A stretch of DNA of 62,706 bases, filler included, from Basidiobolus ranarum (taxonomy: Eukaryota): the NCBI GenBank assembly GCA_040143965.1. It is 12 parts of 12 records of this genome, joined end to end, with 100 filler letters (N's around TTAATTAATTAA, not from the genome) between each part and the next. Parts side by side here need not be neighbours in the genome. Positions count along the whole stretch, not along the records: positions 10,492 to 15,634 come from JASJQH010001698.1; positions 15,735 to 20,875 come from JASJQH010001699.1; positions 20,976 to 26,114 come from JASJQH010001700.1; 9 more parts are not named here. The stretch is one strand, 5' to 3'. Position 1 is the first letter of the stretch; each line of letters opens with the position of its first letter. Below are positions 12,728-26,113 of the stretch, piece after piece. The position numbers and the translations under genes were made by a program. The notes under the pieces are model-generated. The model saw only the letters and a program-made list of their open reading frames with translations. It was not told where the DNA came from and ran no database searches.

Positions 12728-12942
12728 TGTTGAGGTATTTTGAGAGTTTGTTGGAAGTGGTTTGGAGAACAAGAAGAATTAATGATTTTCACTTGATGAT
12801 TTATTGAGTAGAAAGATGACATTTATAGCTTTGTCAAGAGGTAAACAAAAAAATGTGTATAGTATGTTAAGAAAGGTCCCAGGAACATGTGTGCAAAGTT
12901 TGGGATTTCTATGACAGGTTTGAAAATCTATATATCTGAGAA
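12728..12942 (-). mobile_element. Partial copia LTR (family A), inverted relative to the adjacent LTR
   Basis: Its reverse complement resembles 13088-13301 and ends ...CTCAACA. Confidence 0.8.
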
Positions 12943-12954
12943 TAATGTAAATAC

Positions 12955-13301
12955 TGTTGAAATTAGCATTACCTAAACATCTATATAGTCATTTATAGCT
13001 TAGCACTTAGTTATCTTATACTTCACTAAGATATTATTCATTATTCACAATTGAAACTTACTTAGAGTATTTTTAGCAACTCAGAAGTTCTCAGATATAA
13101 AGATTTTTCATACTTATGCTAGAAGCCCCAAAATTTGCACCCTGTTCCTGGGACCTTCCTTAACATACTCTACACATTAGTTTGCTTACATCTTGACAAA
13201 TCTATAGCTGTCAACTTTCTACTTAATAAATCAATAAGTGAAAACTACCAATTTCTCTAATTCTCCAAACCACTTCTAACAGTCTTCTAAATACTTTAGC
13301 A
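12955..13301 (+). mobile_element. 5' LTR of copia family A (347 bp)
   Basis: TGTTGAAATT...TTTAGCA, homologous to 58941-59288, followed by PBS-like GGCTGTGAGCCC. Confidence 0.88.
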
Positions 13302-15634
13302 GGCTGTGAGCCCCAAGCTTGCAATCTCTGCAATGTCTACTTCCCAGATTTATGAAGCTTTTCCCTCTTCTGAAAAATTGGATGGAACAAATCATCAAGT
13401 TTGGAAAATTAAAATGAAAATGTTGCAGCAAGAAAAAGGACTTTGGGACATTGTTGTAGGCAAAGAAAGCAATGCAAAACTCTCTGAAGCCAAAGTTTTG
13501 CTCCAGGTTAAAAAAGAACAAAGTGCCTTTAGCACAATTTGTCTCAATGTTAATGACAAATTGCTAATTTAATGTTCAAGAGCTAGAACCATCAAGAAGA
13601 TATGGAAAGCCTTGGAAGACATCTACCAAATGTGTTTTGCTGCCAACAAGATACTTCTTAGAAGACAATTGTTTAGCTTTCAGATGAAGCCAGGAGAGGA
13701 CATTATATCACTAATCAAAGGAGTCAATACTTTGGTGGATGAAATAGAATGCATTGGGGTACCTACTACTGATCAAGATATCATAGTTACTGTCCTAAAT
13801 AGCCTGCCACACAGGTTTCATAGCCTAGTGATGGCTCTTGAGTTAAGAACTGCAAATTTGAATCAGAATTATGAATTTGGCAGACTTCTGGAAGAAGATT
13901 TATGCAAATTAGGATTCAACCAAAAGAATGAAGAAAATGCTTGAATAGGCTATGGGAAATCTTCCTATAAAGGTCAAAAGCACTTGAAGAACAAAAGTAA
14001 CATATTCTGTGATTTTTGTAAAAGAACTGGCCATTTGAGTAAAGATTGCTTTAAAAGAATTGCAAAACAAGAAAAATACACTGAATCTGGAAATGTAGTT
14101 ACAACAGTGTATCACTTGTTTGCATTGCTCTATCTATGATTTCCAACAAGAATTCTCAGATGTGATCTATAGATTCTGGAACTTCCCAACATCTTACAAA
14201 TGAAAAACATTGGTTTGTGGATTATGAAGAAATCCCAATTAGAAAGGTTTTCAGGGGTGATGACAACACATTTGCTGTTATTGGAATGGGAACAACTCAA
14301 GTCAATTTAACTGGAGCTTCTGAAGAGAAAGCATATACTCTTAAGGATATACTACATGGTCCAGATATTGCTAAGAAAAAACATATTCATGCAAATCCAC
14401 CTCAAAAGGGCTAAAATCAATTTTGATAAGTCAGGATGCACCATCTGTGACAAAATGGGAAATATCTAGCTTTGAGAGAAAGGGATCAGTATATATACAA
14501 GCCTATACATAATCCATGAGGTTTATGTGTAAATATAAATTATTCTAATAAAGAAACTACTCATTTATCATTAGTGATTTGACCTTACTGGATTTGATTA
14601 TTTGGGCAAAATGATCAAAAATTGCCTAACTTCTGGAATTTCAAATTAGCCCCCCCCCACCAAAATGGAAATTTGTCAGGGATGTATATATGGAAAATAA
14701 GCAAGGCAACTGCTCAAGGGCTCTGGTTTAATCAAATATGTCAAAAAATTGGATCTAATTCATTCAGATTTGTGTGGACCAATGCAAAATTTATCTTCAG
14801 GTGGAAAAGATATGTAACCACATTTATTGATGATTATACAAGATACACTTGGGTCTACTTTGTGGAACAAAAAGAAGAAGCTCTCTCTATCTTTAGAGAT
14901 TTTGAAAAACTTGCGGAGACCAAAACTGGTACTAGAGTCAAGAAAAGGAATGTAACCAATGGCAGAGAATATACTTCAACACTACTTAATCATTTTAGCA
15001 GAGTTCATGTAATTAAGTCAGAAGCTACTGTGCCCTATTCACCCCAACAGAATGGAGTTGCTAAAGGAACTAACAGGAATATTATAGGAATGGCAAGATC
15101 TATGATAAATGCACAAAATATATCTCATAACATTTGTTCAGAATCAGTTGCTATAGCTACATTTCTGAAGAATAGGAATTTTACTAAACATTTGTCTAAC
15201 TCTACACCATATCAAGCTTGGTTTGGAGTTCAACCTGATGTGAAACATTTGAGGATCTTTGGATGCATTGCTTATGTCAAAATTATGACCCAAAATCAGT
15301 CTAAATTTGATCCAAAAAGTAAGAAATGCATATTTCTGGGTGATTGTACTCAAACTAAGGTCTACAGACTCTATGACACCAAAATATTCAAGTTAATTAA
15401 GTCCAGGGATGTTTTGTTTAATGAAAATGAAAAATTTTCACCCAAAATGACCTCAGATGATGACAAAAATCAAAATTCTCCTGATCCAATCATTCAAATT
15501 GATTCAAACCAAAACAATGAATGAAATAGCATTCCTGTGGACCCTTCAACCAAAATTTTGCCTACTGAAGTGCCCAATACAATGCCAGAAGTTGTAGTAC
15601 CTTTATCCCAAACCAGGAGATCAAATCAGATCAG
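13302..15634 (+). mobile_element. Degenerate copia family A internal region: PBS, gag, zinc knuckle, protease, integrase
   Basis: LDGTNHQVWKIKM..LQQEKGLWDIV (gag N-terminus), CDFCKRTGHLSKDC, IDSGTSQH, FIDDYTRYTWVYF, PYSPQQNG, KHLRIFGCIAY. Confidence 0.92.
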
Positions 15635-15769
15635 NNNNNNNNNNNNNNNNNNNNNNNNNNNNNNNNNNNNNNNNNNNNTTAATTAATTAANNNNNNNNNN
15701 NNNNNNNNNNNNNNNNNNNNNNNNNNNNNNNNNNCGGCCAAAGTATCCGTGGACCTTTGCAACCTAGGC

Positions 15770-16880
15770 GTTTCAGGACGCATTACTCAGTGCCCAGCTT
15801 AGACCCATCATGTTATACACAAAGTAGGAATTTACTGCTTTGGGTCCTAATTTGGAGCTTTTGTGAGGTGCAACTAGGTAATACACAATGCAACCATAGA
15901 TCCTGAGATGATGCACACTTGGTTTTGATTCATTCAGGGATTCCATTGGAGTAAACTTTTCAAGCAATCATCTTTAGCATATGTTTTTGATATAGACAGC
16001 AGTAGAGACAGATTTAGTCCAATATTGGTAATCTAACAATTGAGCATGTAACATCAATCTTGCCATCAGCACTATGGTCCTATCAGCATGTTTGGCAACT
16101 CTATTTTTCTGTTGAATTTAGCATACCATCGATTGGTATTTAATTTGAAATATAGAACAGAGACTATGAAAGTCTTCAGAGCTGTATTCAACACCATTGT
16201 CCCTCCTAAGTATCTGTATTTTTTGTGCTGATTTTGTCTCTACCACTGCTTTGTAGCACTTGAACATAGTAAGGCTCCAGGTTTTGATTGGAGAAGGAAT
16301 ACCCAGGTATATCTTGTTTTGTCATCAACAAAGGTCATGAAGTACCATTTACCACCTGGATTGACATCTTGCATGTGCCCACATAGGTCAGAATAAATCA
16401 GGGCAAAATTCTAAGTGGATTTGATCTCCCTAGAGCTTGAAAAAGGCTTGCCTAATATCAATGTGTTTTGCTCTAACATATAATGTAGTGCTTTTAGTTA
16501 ATGAAATATGACTTTGAATTTCTTCAAATATAAGAATAGGACATTTTTGCATATATCCTAAGCCTGTAAATAACTTCCTTCACCACATGGCTTCTTCTGT
16601 GGGCAGCCATATATTCTGCTTGTGTAGTAGAAAGTGCTATGATTTGTTGCTTATTAGTATTCCAAGTTATGGGATCATGACCAGAGTGAAAAGTGTGTCC
16701 AGTATTTAATTTTCTACCATCTTGTTTTCTTCCCCATTCTGCATCACTGTAGTCCTAAAAATGTAATCCATCTGGAGTGCCAGAGTATTCCAGAACTATG
16801 TTCACAGTGCCTCTCAAATACCTTAATATTTGTTTTATTGCAGCTTTTGGCTCAGATTTTAGATTTTTGGGATGTTGGCT
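15770..16880 (-). mobile_element. Degenerate copia fragments (integrase 15770-16450; RNase H 16450-16880)
   Basis: KPSVHHLRIYGCIVY and ITWNTNKQQIIALSTTQAEYMAA-like translations with stops. Confidence 0.85.
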
Positions 16881-16899
16881 GAGAGCACCCACTTACTCA

Positions 16900-17630
16900 A
16901 AATTCAGTAGTACATTGGCACTCATTTCTGCCATGCAAAAACATGTGTTTATTGCCCTACTTGTTAGAAATATCTGTCAAATCACTTTTAACAATTGTCA
17001 CTTTTTTTTTCAAAACTTCTGCAAATCATCTCAAATCTTCACCCATGCATTACAAGCATGTTGATTTTGGTCTAAGCATGTCCACTAGTCCTATTTCATA
17101 GTCAGCTCTAAATACAGTATATTCAATTCAATAAAACTCAAGTGTCAAACTTACAAATCTAAGTCTAGTTGAAAACACTTCCAAATCCTGTATAGATATT
17201 TATCAGGTTGCAAGCCCCAAGCTAGCTGTCAAAAGATTGTCTACCAGTACTATTACCAAAATTTTTGTATTCACTGAGAGGTTTGATGATGAAGACTCCA
17301 CCATTGAAGGTTCAAGATGTAAATGGTACTAGAAGACAAGGACCTCTAGGGTTTGTTGCAAGAAAAGAAATAGAGCTAAAGGGACAACCAGAAGCTATCT
17401 TTGCCTTTTTCAAGAAGCAGAGGCATGCAGCCTCTACAATTTGTCTTCTTCTTAGAAACCCTCAATTGAGGCCTATGCATTTGGACAAAATTGTCTAAAC
17501 TGCTTGGAAAACACTTGAAGGACTATGTGAGACTAAAGGTTTTGCTAAATGGATATATCTTACATGAAATTTGTGCTTTATTTAATCAAATTCTTATAAA
17601 TCCATGGCTATTCATATTAATAGGGTAAAA
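16900..17630 (+). mobile_element. Copia family B 5' LTR remnant (ends TTTATCA at 17205), degenerate PBS GGTTGCAAGCCC, decayed gag
   Basis: Similar to the LTR at 58085-58436. Downstream sequence resembles gag at 42340-42490. Confidence 0.75.
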
Positions 17631-17631
17631 A

Positions 17632-19225
17632 CTATGGCTGAGTAAGTAGTACTGGAATATTGTTTAATAGTAAGCGCATAGTGACTGATGGGAAGCTATG
17701 GCTCCAGCTGATGCCCCTCAGCAATATGAACTTGGGCCCATAGTTAATCTCAAGTTTAATGTTAGACTGACTATTTGGTGAATTGATATCAGCAAGCATG
17801 TTGAGACCTGAGCAAGCTCTAAATTGTATAATCATTGAGGTTAGTTTTGGATTTGGATAGTAGTAAAACATATGCCTGGTAGAGCAAACTTCATTGATCT
17901 GACAAAATCTACATTAACATAATGCATGATGCTCAACAAAATCTCCATATATACTGAAGGCAGGAGTTTCACCTATGCATACAATAATGTTAGCTTTGAC
18001 AAAGTATTCACAAATCTGAGCTCCATTAGATAGCCATTTAAAATCCACACTCAGACTTTCAAAGAAGCTATATATCAGAGCTAGTAATTTAGGTCCAAAA
18101 TGATCAATAGCACATATATATTTTAACTCTTACTTCATTCCAAAGGAGTAAAGTTTAGTTGATTTAAATCATTAGCCAGTAAGCCTTTCCAAAGATTATG
18201 ACTCTTATACCAGTCAGAAGGAGGAAGATTTAAGTTAATTAAAATTATTGGCCAGTCGGCCTTTCCAATGGTATATTTGTTTAGTGAGAAACCATCCAGT
18301 GCCAATGCAAATACATCCTCATTATTATGCTCATAGAAACTTGACTTTTCAGATTCAGGTAGTGTTAACTATGTAGTATAATTGTAATCCCAACAGCTTT
18401 ACAGTATTCATATCAGTGCCAGATCAATGATTTATACTTGGGTGATTTCATTGAAGGTTTCAGATGAGAAATCAATGGTATGTACACTGAACAAGACTGA
18501 CATTTATCTGATGAGTATTTGCCAATTGTGTGCAAATAGTTCTTGACTTCAGGTATACAGACCATTGGTAAAAGCTAAACAATAAGTTCAACATGCAAAT
18601 TGTTTAAATACTGAAGGATTATAAGGCATACAACTTACCAGTGCTTTCCACTTGTACCAGGTCTGTGCCAAGCAACAGTTATTTGTCAACCATGGTAAAA
18701 ATGTTAAAAAACCAGTATACATATAGTTTCTAAGATTGCATTGAACTTTGCACTCCTTGATATCAATGCTGTTTTCTTTACTATAAGTAGCTTGAGTGAA
18801 CCAATGCTTGTCAATAACAAAGAGTTGGTAGCAAAACTATTGTCTTCCACTTGATCTTGTCCTGATATTTTGCCATTAGTACTGGATTATTTGAAGTCAG
18901 CATCTAGAAGCCAATTCTCAATGTTTTTTAGTCTCACTGGTTCAATCAAACTTACACTTTTACCTATATCATTCTGTACATAAAGCTGTGGTAGCTCCAC
19001 AGTATCTAGACTTTCAGAAGTGTTACCAAACTGTGAGGTAAAGCATTACTTATGAACTCGGTGAGTTCAACTAAAGTTGCTGCATGCACTGATTACTGCT
19101 GATCCTCACCAGGCTTTGTGCAGCTGGTGGCTGTGTACAGTGAAAGTGCTTGTGCCTATTTCTACCATGAAACCTTTGGCTTTTGTAGCTAAAGAGTGTG
19201 TGACAACAATAACAGATGACTCAAT
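17632..19225 (-). mobile_element. Degenerate CACTA/CMC (Transposase_21/Tnp2-like) transposase
   Basis: FALALDGF..NKYTIGKADWPIILINLNLPPSD, IGETPA, YYYPNP and TMRLLLNNIP. Homologous to 40281-41355. Confidence 0.85.
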
Positions 19226-19234
19226 TGATGAGCA

Positions 19235-20875
19235 GTAAAGTGATCCTCTATCTGCTTTGGAAGGCATGCACATGCTGGAGAACTACTCAGATAGTGATGA
19301 AGCAGTAATCAATTTATCAGATGTGCTCCTTTCTAGCAGTAGTGTAATTGAAGATACTACAATCTCCAACTTACATAGCAGATTGATAGTCAAGCAAGGT
19401 TCAATAGAAAAACCATTAAGGCCATCCACTTGCATCATGGCCACTTAGCCAACTTTCAAACACCCCTCCATAGACAATTTGGATAGAATCACTTCAACAA
19501 GGGAATCTCAGGCAGGATACCATAATGATATGTTTGCATTTATAATTGAAAGCTTCAAAGTTGCTACACAGGCTATAAAAGGCATCAATGAAGCATGTTT
19601 AAGCAAATTGTCATCAGTTAGAGGGTCAATCAACATCAATGCAAGACCTTCAGAATGCTGTATTTGGGCAAAAGCAACATGCTGCTCCCTCTGTCCATTC
19701 TCATATGCAATTTCAATCATTTCTGTGACATATATACAAATGTCAATATGTCATTCTGGCACAGCAGAATGTGAATTGGCCCATCAAGTCTACACAATGA
19801 TGCAAAATTGCTTGGGCACATAAAAGTAGAAATCTCATAGGAAAACCAGCAATCCAAAAGGCTCTGAATGTCAGAGCTGCCATCACTTGCTTCAATGGTG
19901 AGTGGTTGAGTATTTTGGAAACTGTGTGGATCTTGGCCAAAATCACCTCAATTTGATAAATTGTGGCAAAACCAAAAACCAGGTGTTACCCTGAGGGCTC
20001 TAGACTTATATCATCTGGCTTATCCTGGGCTTTGGAAAGCAAATAGCAGTTGTGTTTGTATGGGCCTTTTGTGAAATATCTCAAAAGAGCTACCATCATA
20101 TGCTCTGCAGATGAATTGTTAAACATTTTGGAAATGGTGTAGAATCTTGCTCAGAATCATCTGGATATGAGCCGATTGTGCAAACACCAATGTCCAGGTA
20201 TTACTTTGAAGGTTCATGACTTATTTCATGTGACATATCCTGGGTTTTTGCAAGCAAGAGGCATTTGGGCTAGTATAGGACTATTCATAAAACATCTCAA
20301 AATGTATGCAATTATTGACTTGGAAAAGAAAAAAAAGCAGCTCAAGATATACTCCAGGAGTAGTGAATTAGTAAGCCAATGAAATGTAAAGAGCTAGGAA
20401 CATCAGGCACTTTTATCTCACATATGATATACCTCAAACCATTATGAAGATCTGCATTAAGGGAGTGAACTATATTGGCAAAAGGCTTGATTTTCACCTC
20501 TCAACAAGCTAAAACACCAGCAAATAAAATTCACAGCTCTCCAACCTCAGTGGTACTTTTCAAAGTGTAGAAACTAGGCCCAAGCTTGAAGGCAAGCAAA
20601 AAGCTGCACAAATGCTGCAATACACCCTTAGTAGTGTCACATTGGAAGGTGGTATAAGCAAAACCACTACAGCATCACTGAGTAGCCTGAGTGGTTTTAA
20701 ACTATAAGGATAAAAAAAATAGTGACGGTGCTTGAAGAGTATGTTTGGAGGTACGAAGGGAAAATATTGTGCAAGTATGCAGAATGTGGCTTAAGGCAAG
20801 GAACTCTCAACTTGACATTCAAGCAGGCTTTGACTGTGCAGATATCTCGGATGAACTTTATAGAGAGGGGTAAAG
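19235..20875 (+). pseudogene. CMC ORF2, copy 3, divergent from the transposase; contains a 213-bp internal tandem duplication
   Basis: Collinear similarity to about 6880-8330. Repeated units start at 19873 and 20086. Confidence 0.75.
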
Positions 20876-20980
20876 NNNNNNNNNNNNNNNNNNNNNNNNN
20901 NNNNNNNNNNNNNNNNNNNTTAATTAATTAANNNNNNNNNNNNNNNNNNNNNNNNNNNNNNNNNNNNNNNNNNNNTATAG

Positions 20981-22136
20981 ACAACAAAGAACTACTACCC
21001 CAAGACCTGATCTTGCTGGATCACACACAGTCACTCTTGGGAAGATTTGTCAACCATACAAACGTGGAGATTCGAAGCATAGCGAACAATTTAAAGTTAG
21101 TCATTGCCACTCGTACAGCTTTCAACCTGAATCAAGAATCTACCGGTGAAGATAAACTTGCTGCTTCTCGAAAACGGTATCAGCAGGCAATGGAGGCACT
21201 TCAGGACCCAATTCTACCAGTGAAAGCATATGGAATCGGTATTTTGAAAGATATGGTTTTAAAGAAAGACCCACTTATAGTCGGCCCCGAACTGGATAGA
21301 GTACTAGATATATTTGTTTCGATGGTCCAAAATGAAGACAGGTTCGTAATCAGAGAATCCATTGAACAAGTTGGTTTGAATGACGTAACTAAAGCCGCAA
21401 ACATTTAGTTTTATCTACCTCAACGCAATCAAAGGTCTGTCAGCAATGACAGATATCCATGGTAAGAAAATCTTGATGAAATTATTGGCTATATATGAAG
21501 ATAGTGTAAATCAACCGATGGATAATCGCTTGCGTGGGGGTGAGGCGCTACTTCAAACGGTTGAAAGGGCAGGGGAGGTACTAGGGAAGTTTGGTAAGCA
21601 TCACATTTGGATACTTCAAAAGATTCGACTGTCTCTTAGTTCATGCTAAATTTATTTGACGGACGTATATAGCTGATCTCCTTATGGGATCTCTGCGTCG
21701 GGTACTTCGCTCACGAGAATCCCCGTACTTACAAAACTCAGCATTGGCCATTATTGGAGTTATGTGTGAAATATGTCCATACGCTTTATTGCCATGGTTC
21801 CGCGAGATTATTGAATGGATGGTGATTCTTCTCAAACTCGAGAAAAGTGTTGAAGTACGACGAGGTAAGGATGTTTAAGCGATGGAGTCACATAGATATA
21901 TTTTATTCACGGAAACAACTTTTGCCTCTCTAGCGGCGGTGGTTTTATTTGTATCGCTATTCCGAGGAATGGGAGCAAATGCAGTATATGACATCCCTAG
22001 TGATTTAGTTAAAGATATGCTTCATACACTGAAATTCATTGAAGCTACAGACCAAGATGAGCTAACTAAATATCATGCTAGAATAGGACTAAGTGATCTA
22101 GATGCCATTATGAAAAATGAGATATTCCGTACATGA
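20981..22136 (+). CDS. RTP1: RNA polymerase II assembly factor Rtp1 / TANGO6, 3' exons
   Basis: AMEALQDPILPVKAYG, VQNEDSFIYLNAIKGLSAM, RLRGGEALLQ and VEVRRAAVVL motifs across three GT-AG introns; TGA at 22136. Confidence 0.82.
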
Positions 22137-22634
22137 TATGAAACAACGAATACTTAGGGTTGACAATAGCAATGTAATAAAAAGTCTAGTAGCAGAGACA
22201 GTGTAAGCTTGGTGATATCACCCCTTTCTCAATTGATATATAGAGGAGGCGGTAAGAAACTTCATGAATTAAGTGTATAGAAATAATAGAGAACTCCAGA
22301 ATGCAAATTTCCTATGTGTTTATTCAGGTTCATTGACCTAATGTTTATTGACAACCGAGAGAATAAGAAACGAAACAAGTTTCTTCAAACTTAGATACAG
22401 CAGATGGTTTCGATTAAGCCTTTTAAAGATGATTTACATGATTTGGAGTATTAGCTTCCTAAGCTATTTCGGTCGCGGACCAAAGCTTTAACTCATGAAG
22501 GAATCCAATAAAATGAAGTAGCGTCTTTCATTCGAGATGTAGAAGTAATATAGGGTCAACTGTCAAAGCTGATATCCGAGGGAATATTGTAGAAACCTGC
22601 TACCTGGCCGGCATAAAGAAGTGAAGAGAGTAAT

Positions 22635-22928
22635 TTACTGTTTCCATGTGGAATCATCCTCGACCATAGCGAGGTAGGCATTGTAATCATTAATATAAAC
22701 GTGGTCATAATCTTCGTCATCCTCAGGGTATATCAAATCCCCATCATATAAAGCGTCATCTTCAGCAAGTTGAAGATCCGACAGTTGTTCAATCTCTTGA
22801 GCAGATTGGAAGAGGGCGCCGGATAAATCTTGAATGATTAGTTGACCCTGGTTCACGGAGCTTCCAATGGGGAGAGCATGAGAAAAGACGAACATTAATG
22901 TGAGGGCGAAGAAAATTAACTTGAGCAT
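22635..22928 (-). CDS. Small acidic secreted protein (97 aa)
   Basis: Signal-peptide-like MLKLIFFALTLMFVFSHA/LP followed by a D/E/Y-rich tail. Confidence 0.65.
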   Translation of the reverse strand: MLKLIFFALTLMFVFSHALPIGSSVNQGQLIIQDLSGALFQSAQEIEQLSDLQLAEDDALYDGDLIYPEDDEDYDHVYINDYNAYLAMVEDDSTWKQ

Positions 22929-24345
22929 ATTCCACGTACGAAAGAAAATAACAAAGAGAAGAGGAATAACCAGATGCGTACAGTTCAAATTCCAGGTTGG
23001 ATGATTAAATACTCGCTGAATAGATGACACTGTCAATCCCAGTGAAAAGTTAAATATACACGATCAATAGAAAACTGATTCTTAACCATATCCATGGAGA
23101 GGCGATGGGTTCATCAAGTTGGTACAACACCCGTATCACCTCCTAAGATTATTCATAAACCAGTCCCACGCGAACAGAGATGATCGAATTCATACACAGT
23201 CAAGCAATATTGCTCTGCCCATACATGGAGTCTGCTAACTTTGTAATAAGGTTGTTGATACGTTCCTTTAGCATTTCGGCTCAAGACAGGCCTTCATTGA
23301 ATTTCCTAGAAAGCCACAATACTCTTTGCATGATTGCATGTGAGTAAATTGAGTAGATCACCAACTCGAATAAGAATTTGTGTAGCAATCAATAATAATA
23401 GTACAACCAAGAAGAAGACTAAATTCTTGATGAGAAGAGTGAAGTCTCCGCTTTGTATCCAATCAGTTAATGGCAAATGATATTCTTAACTCGATTTCAT
23501 TTGATACGTAATCTGGTAAAGGATCCTAGATCATATTCAGCTTGCCAACTAATACAATGAGAACATGTATTTCTCTAGCCATTTTCTCCAACAACCTTCT
23601 ATTCTCAATTCTCCCCAATTAAATCCCAATTGTTGAGTCTGTAAGATGCCGCCAAGTCAAATAGTATCAAATTGCGATCATTTATCGACAAATGTTTGAT
23701 TTGTAGTCAACGTATTCTTCCAATCGGGTTTTTAACACTTGCCATGTCCACGGGCCCTTTCCAGAGGAATCAAGGTATGCTTGTTACAAGGTCCCCTCCA
23801 ATCCCTGGGGCCCTTGGTTGGCAGCGCCTGGAGCTGTTTTTACACTAATGTTTAGGAAATAAATCTGGTGACTCACTAGCTAGTGGAGGTTTTTGTTTGA
23901 GAGATCATCAGTGCTTTTATTTTTCATTGCACATGTTAGATAAATTCTCAAATTTTTGTGATCTACACAATGATCCAGTAGAGAACAAGTCCCCAGGCAC
24001 GATGAGAAAGTACTATCTCACAACTAGCTCGATCACGAGATTTGTCGTTTATTTTGAAAAATATATTATTCATTGGAGATTCGGTAATTGATTAACCTAA
24101 ATAGAAAGCGCCCATCAGATTTCTTCACAACATAGAAAAGTTTTCCAATTACCCTGAATCCACCATCTTGGTCCAATTGGTTGCTAAACCGTTCTTCATA
24201 TTTTATTCGCTTGTATTATTGATGGACCATCCATGTTTCTTACCGCCTTTTCCTTCTTGGGATTCAATCATTTTGTATTTATGTATATTTCTCCAGGAAT
24301 AATGCTCTCTTTTTAACAAGTCTCCCTTCCTCTGGGACTGCGAAG

Positions 24346-25207
24346 ATGGCGACTTTCCGAAGAAGTTTGCGGTGTTCATTGTTGTTAGGATTCACGAGTT
24401 TTATTCTATTTTTTATTACTATAGCATACGTCTCGCATAGAAGTTCACCAACAATATTTGAATATCACCACAACACTACCGGGAGACTTATTTTTATCGG
24501 AGATGTTCACGGACATTTGCATTCTTTCAACAAACTTCTGAAGAAATTGAATCTAGAGCCAGAGGATCAGGTGGTGCTTTTAGGAGATTTGGTATCCAAA
24601 GGGCCGGATTCTGTTGGTACGCTTGCTCGAGCTAAAGAAATTAATGCACTTTGTGTACGTGGAAACCACGATGACCTCGTTATACGTTGGAGACATTATT
24701 ACAGGTTGACACATAGTGATTGGAATATCAACGAGGAGCACCAAAAAATAGCTAGGTATTGCCACTTTCTTTCCTCTCTTTACTCGAGTGATTTTTTAAA
24801 ATTCCTCTCTTGATCATAGCGCTCTACCACGCGAGCTTTACGAATATCTAGATAGCTGCCCGTTAATACTTCACATACCACAATATTCAGTTTATGCGGT
24901 TCACGCTGGCTTGAACCCATATACCTCCGTCAACGAACAGAGTCGATTTCACGTGATGAATATGAGACGTGTTTTGCCCAATTCCCAACCAACTAAAGAG
25001 AAAGATGAGGGGATTCCTTGGTCTACTGTCTGGAATGAAATGCAATCTACCCTAGGCGATCCCAAAACCGTGTTATATGGTCACGAATCCTCTCGTGGTC
25101 TGGTAGTCTTGCCTTATGCGGTCGGTCTGGATACTGGTTGCGGAAAAAAAGAGAGATTGACTGCCATGATCTATCCCCAGCGCACACTGGTCAGTGTTAA
25201 ATGTTGA
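24346..25207 (+). CDS. Membrane-anchored metallophosphoesterase, Ppn2/ApaH-like (intron 24756-24819)
   Basis: N-terminal TM segment; motifs GDVHG, GDLVSKGP, RGNHD, VHAGL, YGH and GLDTGC. Confidence 0.88.
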
Positions 25208-25858
25208 GGGAATATAGAGTTAGTGCGCTGACAAAACGAAGAATATTCTACCCATGGAAAAACGAACGTCTCATCAGTATCATTAGTTCTTTTAGCATGT
25301 CCTTAGCGTATTAGTATATAGACAGTGTATCATATGTGTGCCTATCACCAGCTCCAAACAGTATAGTTAGTATCTCTGATAACTATTAAGCTATAACATA
25401 TGTACAGAAATTCAAGTTATAAAATGTATCGTCGACACTGCAAATTACGCTATGTTCCACTTCGGATTTACTAGACATATAAAGACATGGATTTCTTTAG
25501 AACATATGAGAAGCATGATGGTACTCAACTATGAAAACTAATATTGTGTCCTTACGTATTTACTCATCATTAGTAGCTTGATTAGTATTTTTGCATTCAT
25601 AATCAATATCCGATTACTCGATACTCTCTGCCACTCCTTAACACTGTCGAGTTTGAAGGTATCATTCGTTACTACAGAATCAACCTGGTCCTTTTGATTA
25701 AATGGCTATGCAAGGTGTTTATATCTTACAGGAAAAAGAGGCCTCAAAATAATGACAAAGAAAATCTTCTGTTACAAGTACAATGTAATTTTCTACGGGA
25801 GACGGGGCCAAATCCTCTGTCTTCAAGGATTTGAATGCAATAAGTTCTAAAAAAATTC

Positions 25859-26113
25859 TCAAGTGGCAAACGATAGAAGCTCCGATAGATCGAACAATCT
25901 ACGCTCTAAATACAGAATTGGTACACTAGGGCGATGGCAATATTTCCAACATCGTATCCTAGAGGTAACAAGGCCCGCAGAGCTACTAGCCCGATCCAAT
26001 TGGCGATGAATTGATGACTTCGCATCAACCAGAGCGATCTTTCCCTCCTCGTTTTTAGGCAGGGTATTAATGACCACATTAGTAATTCTCCTAACTTTAT
26101 TACGCCATACATA
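25859..26113 (-). CDS. Possible 3' end of an unidentified gene
   Basis: Open frame of 84 codons from the contig edge (YVWRNKVRRITNVVINTLP...LLSFAT*); CpG content is normal; no recognised motif. Confidence 0.3.
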   Translation of the reverse strand, partial: YVWRNKVRRITNVVINTLPKNEEGKIALVDAKSSIHRQLDRASSSAGLVTSRIRCWKYCHRPSVPILYLERRLFDLSELLSFAT

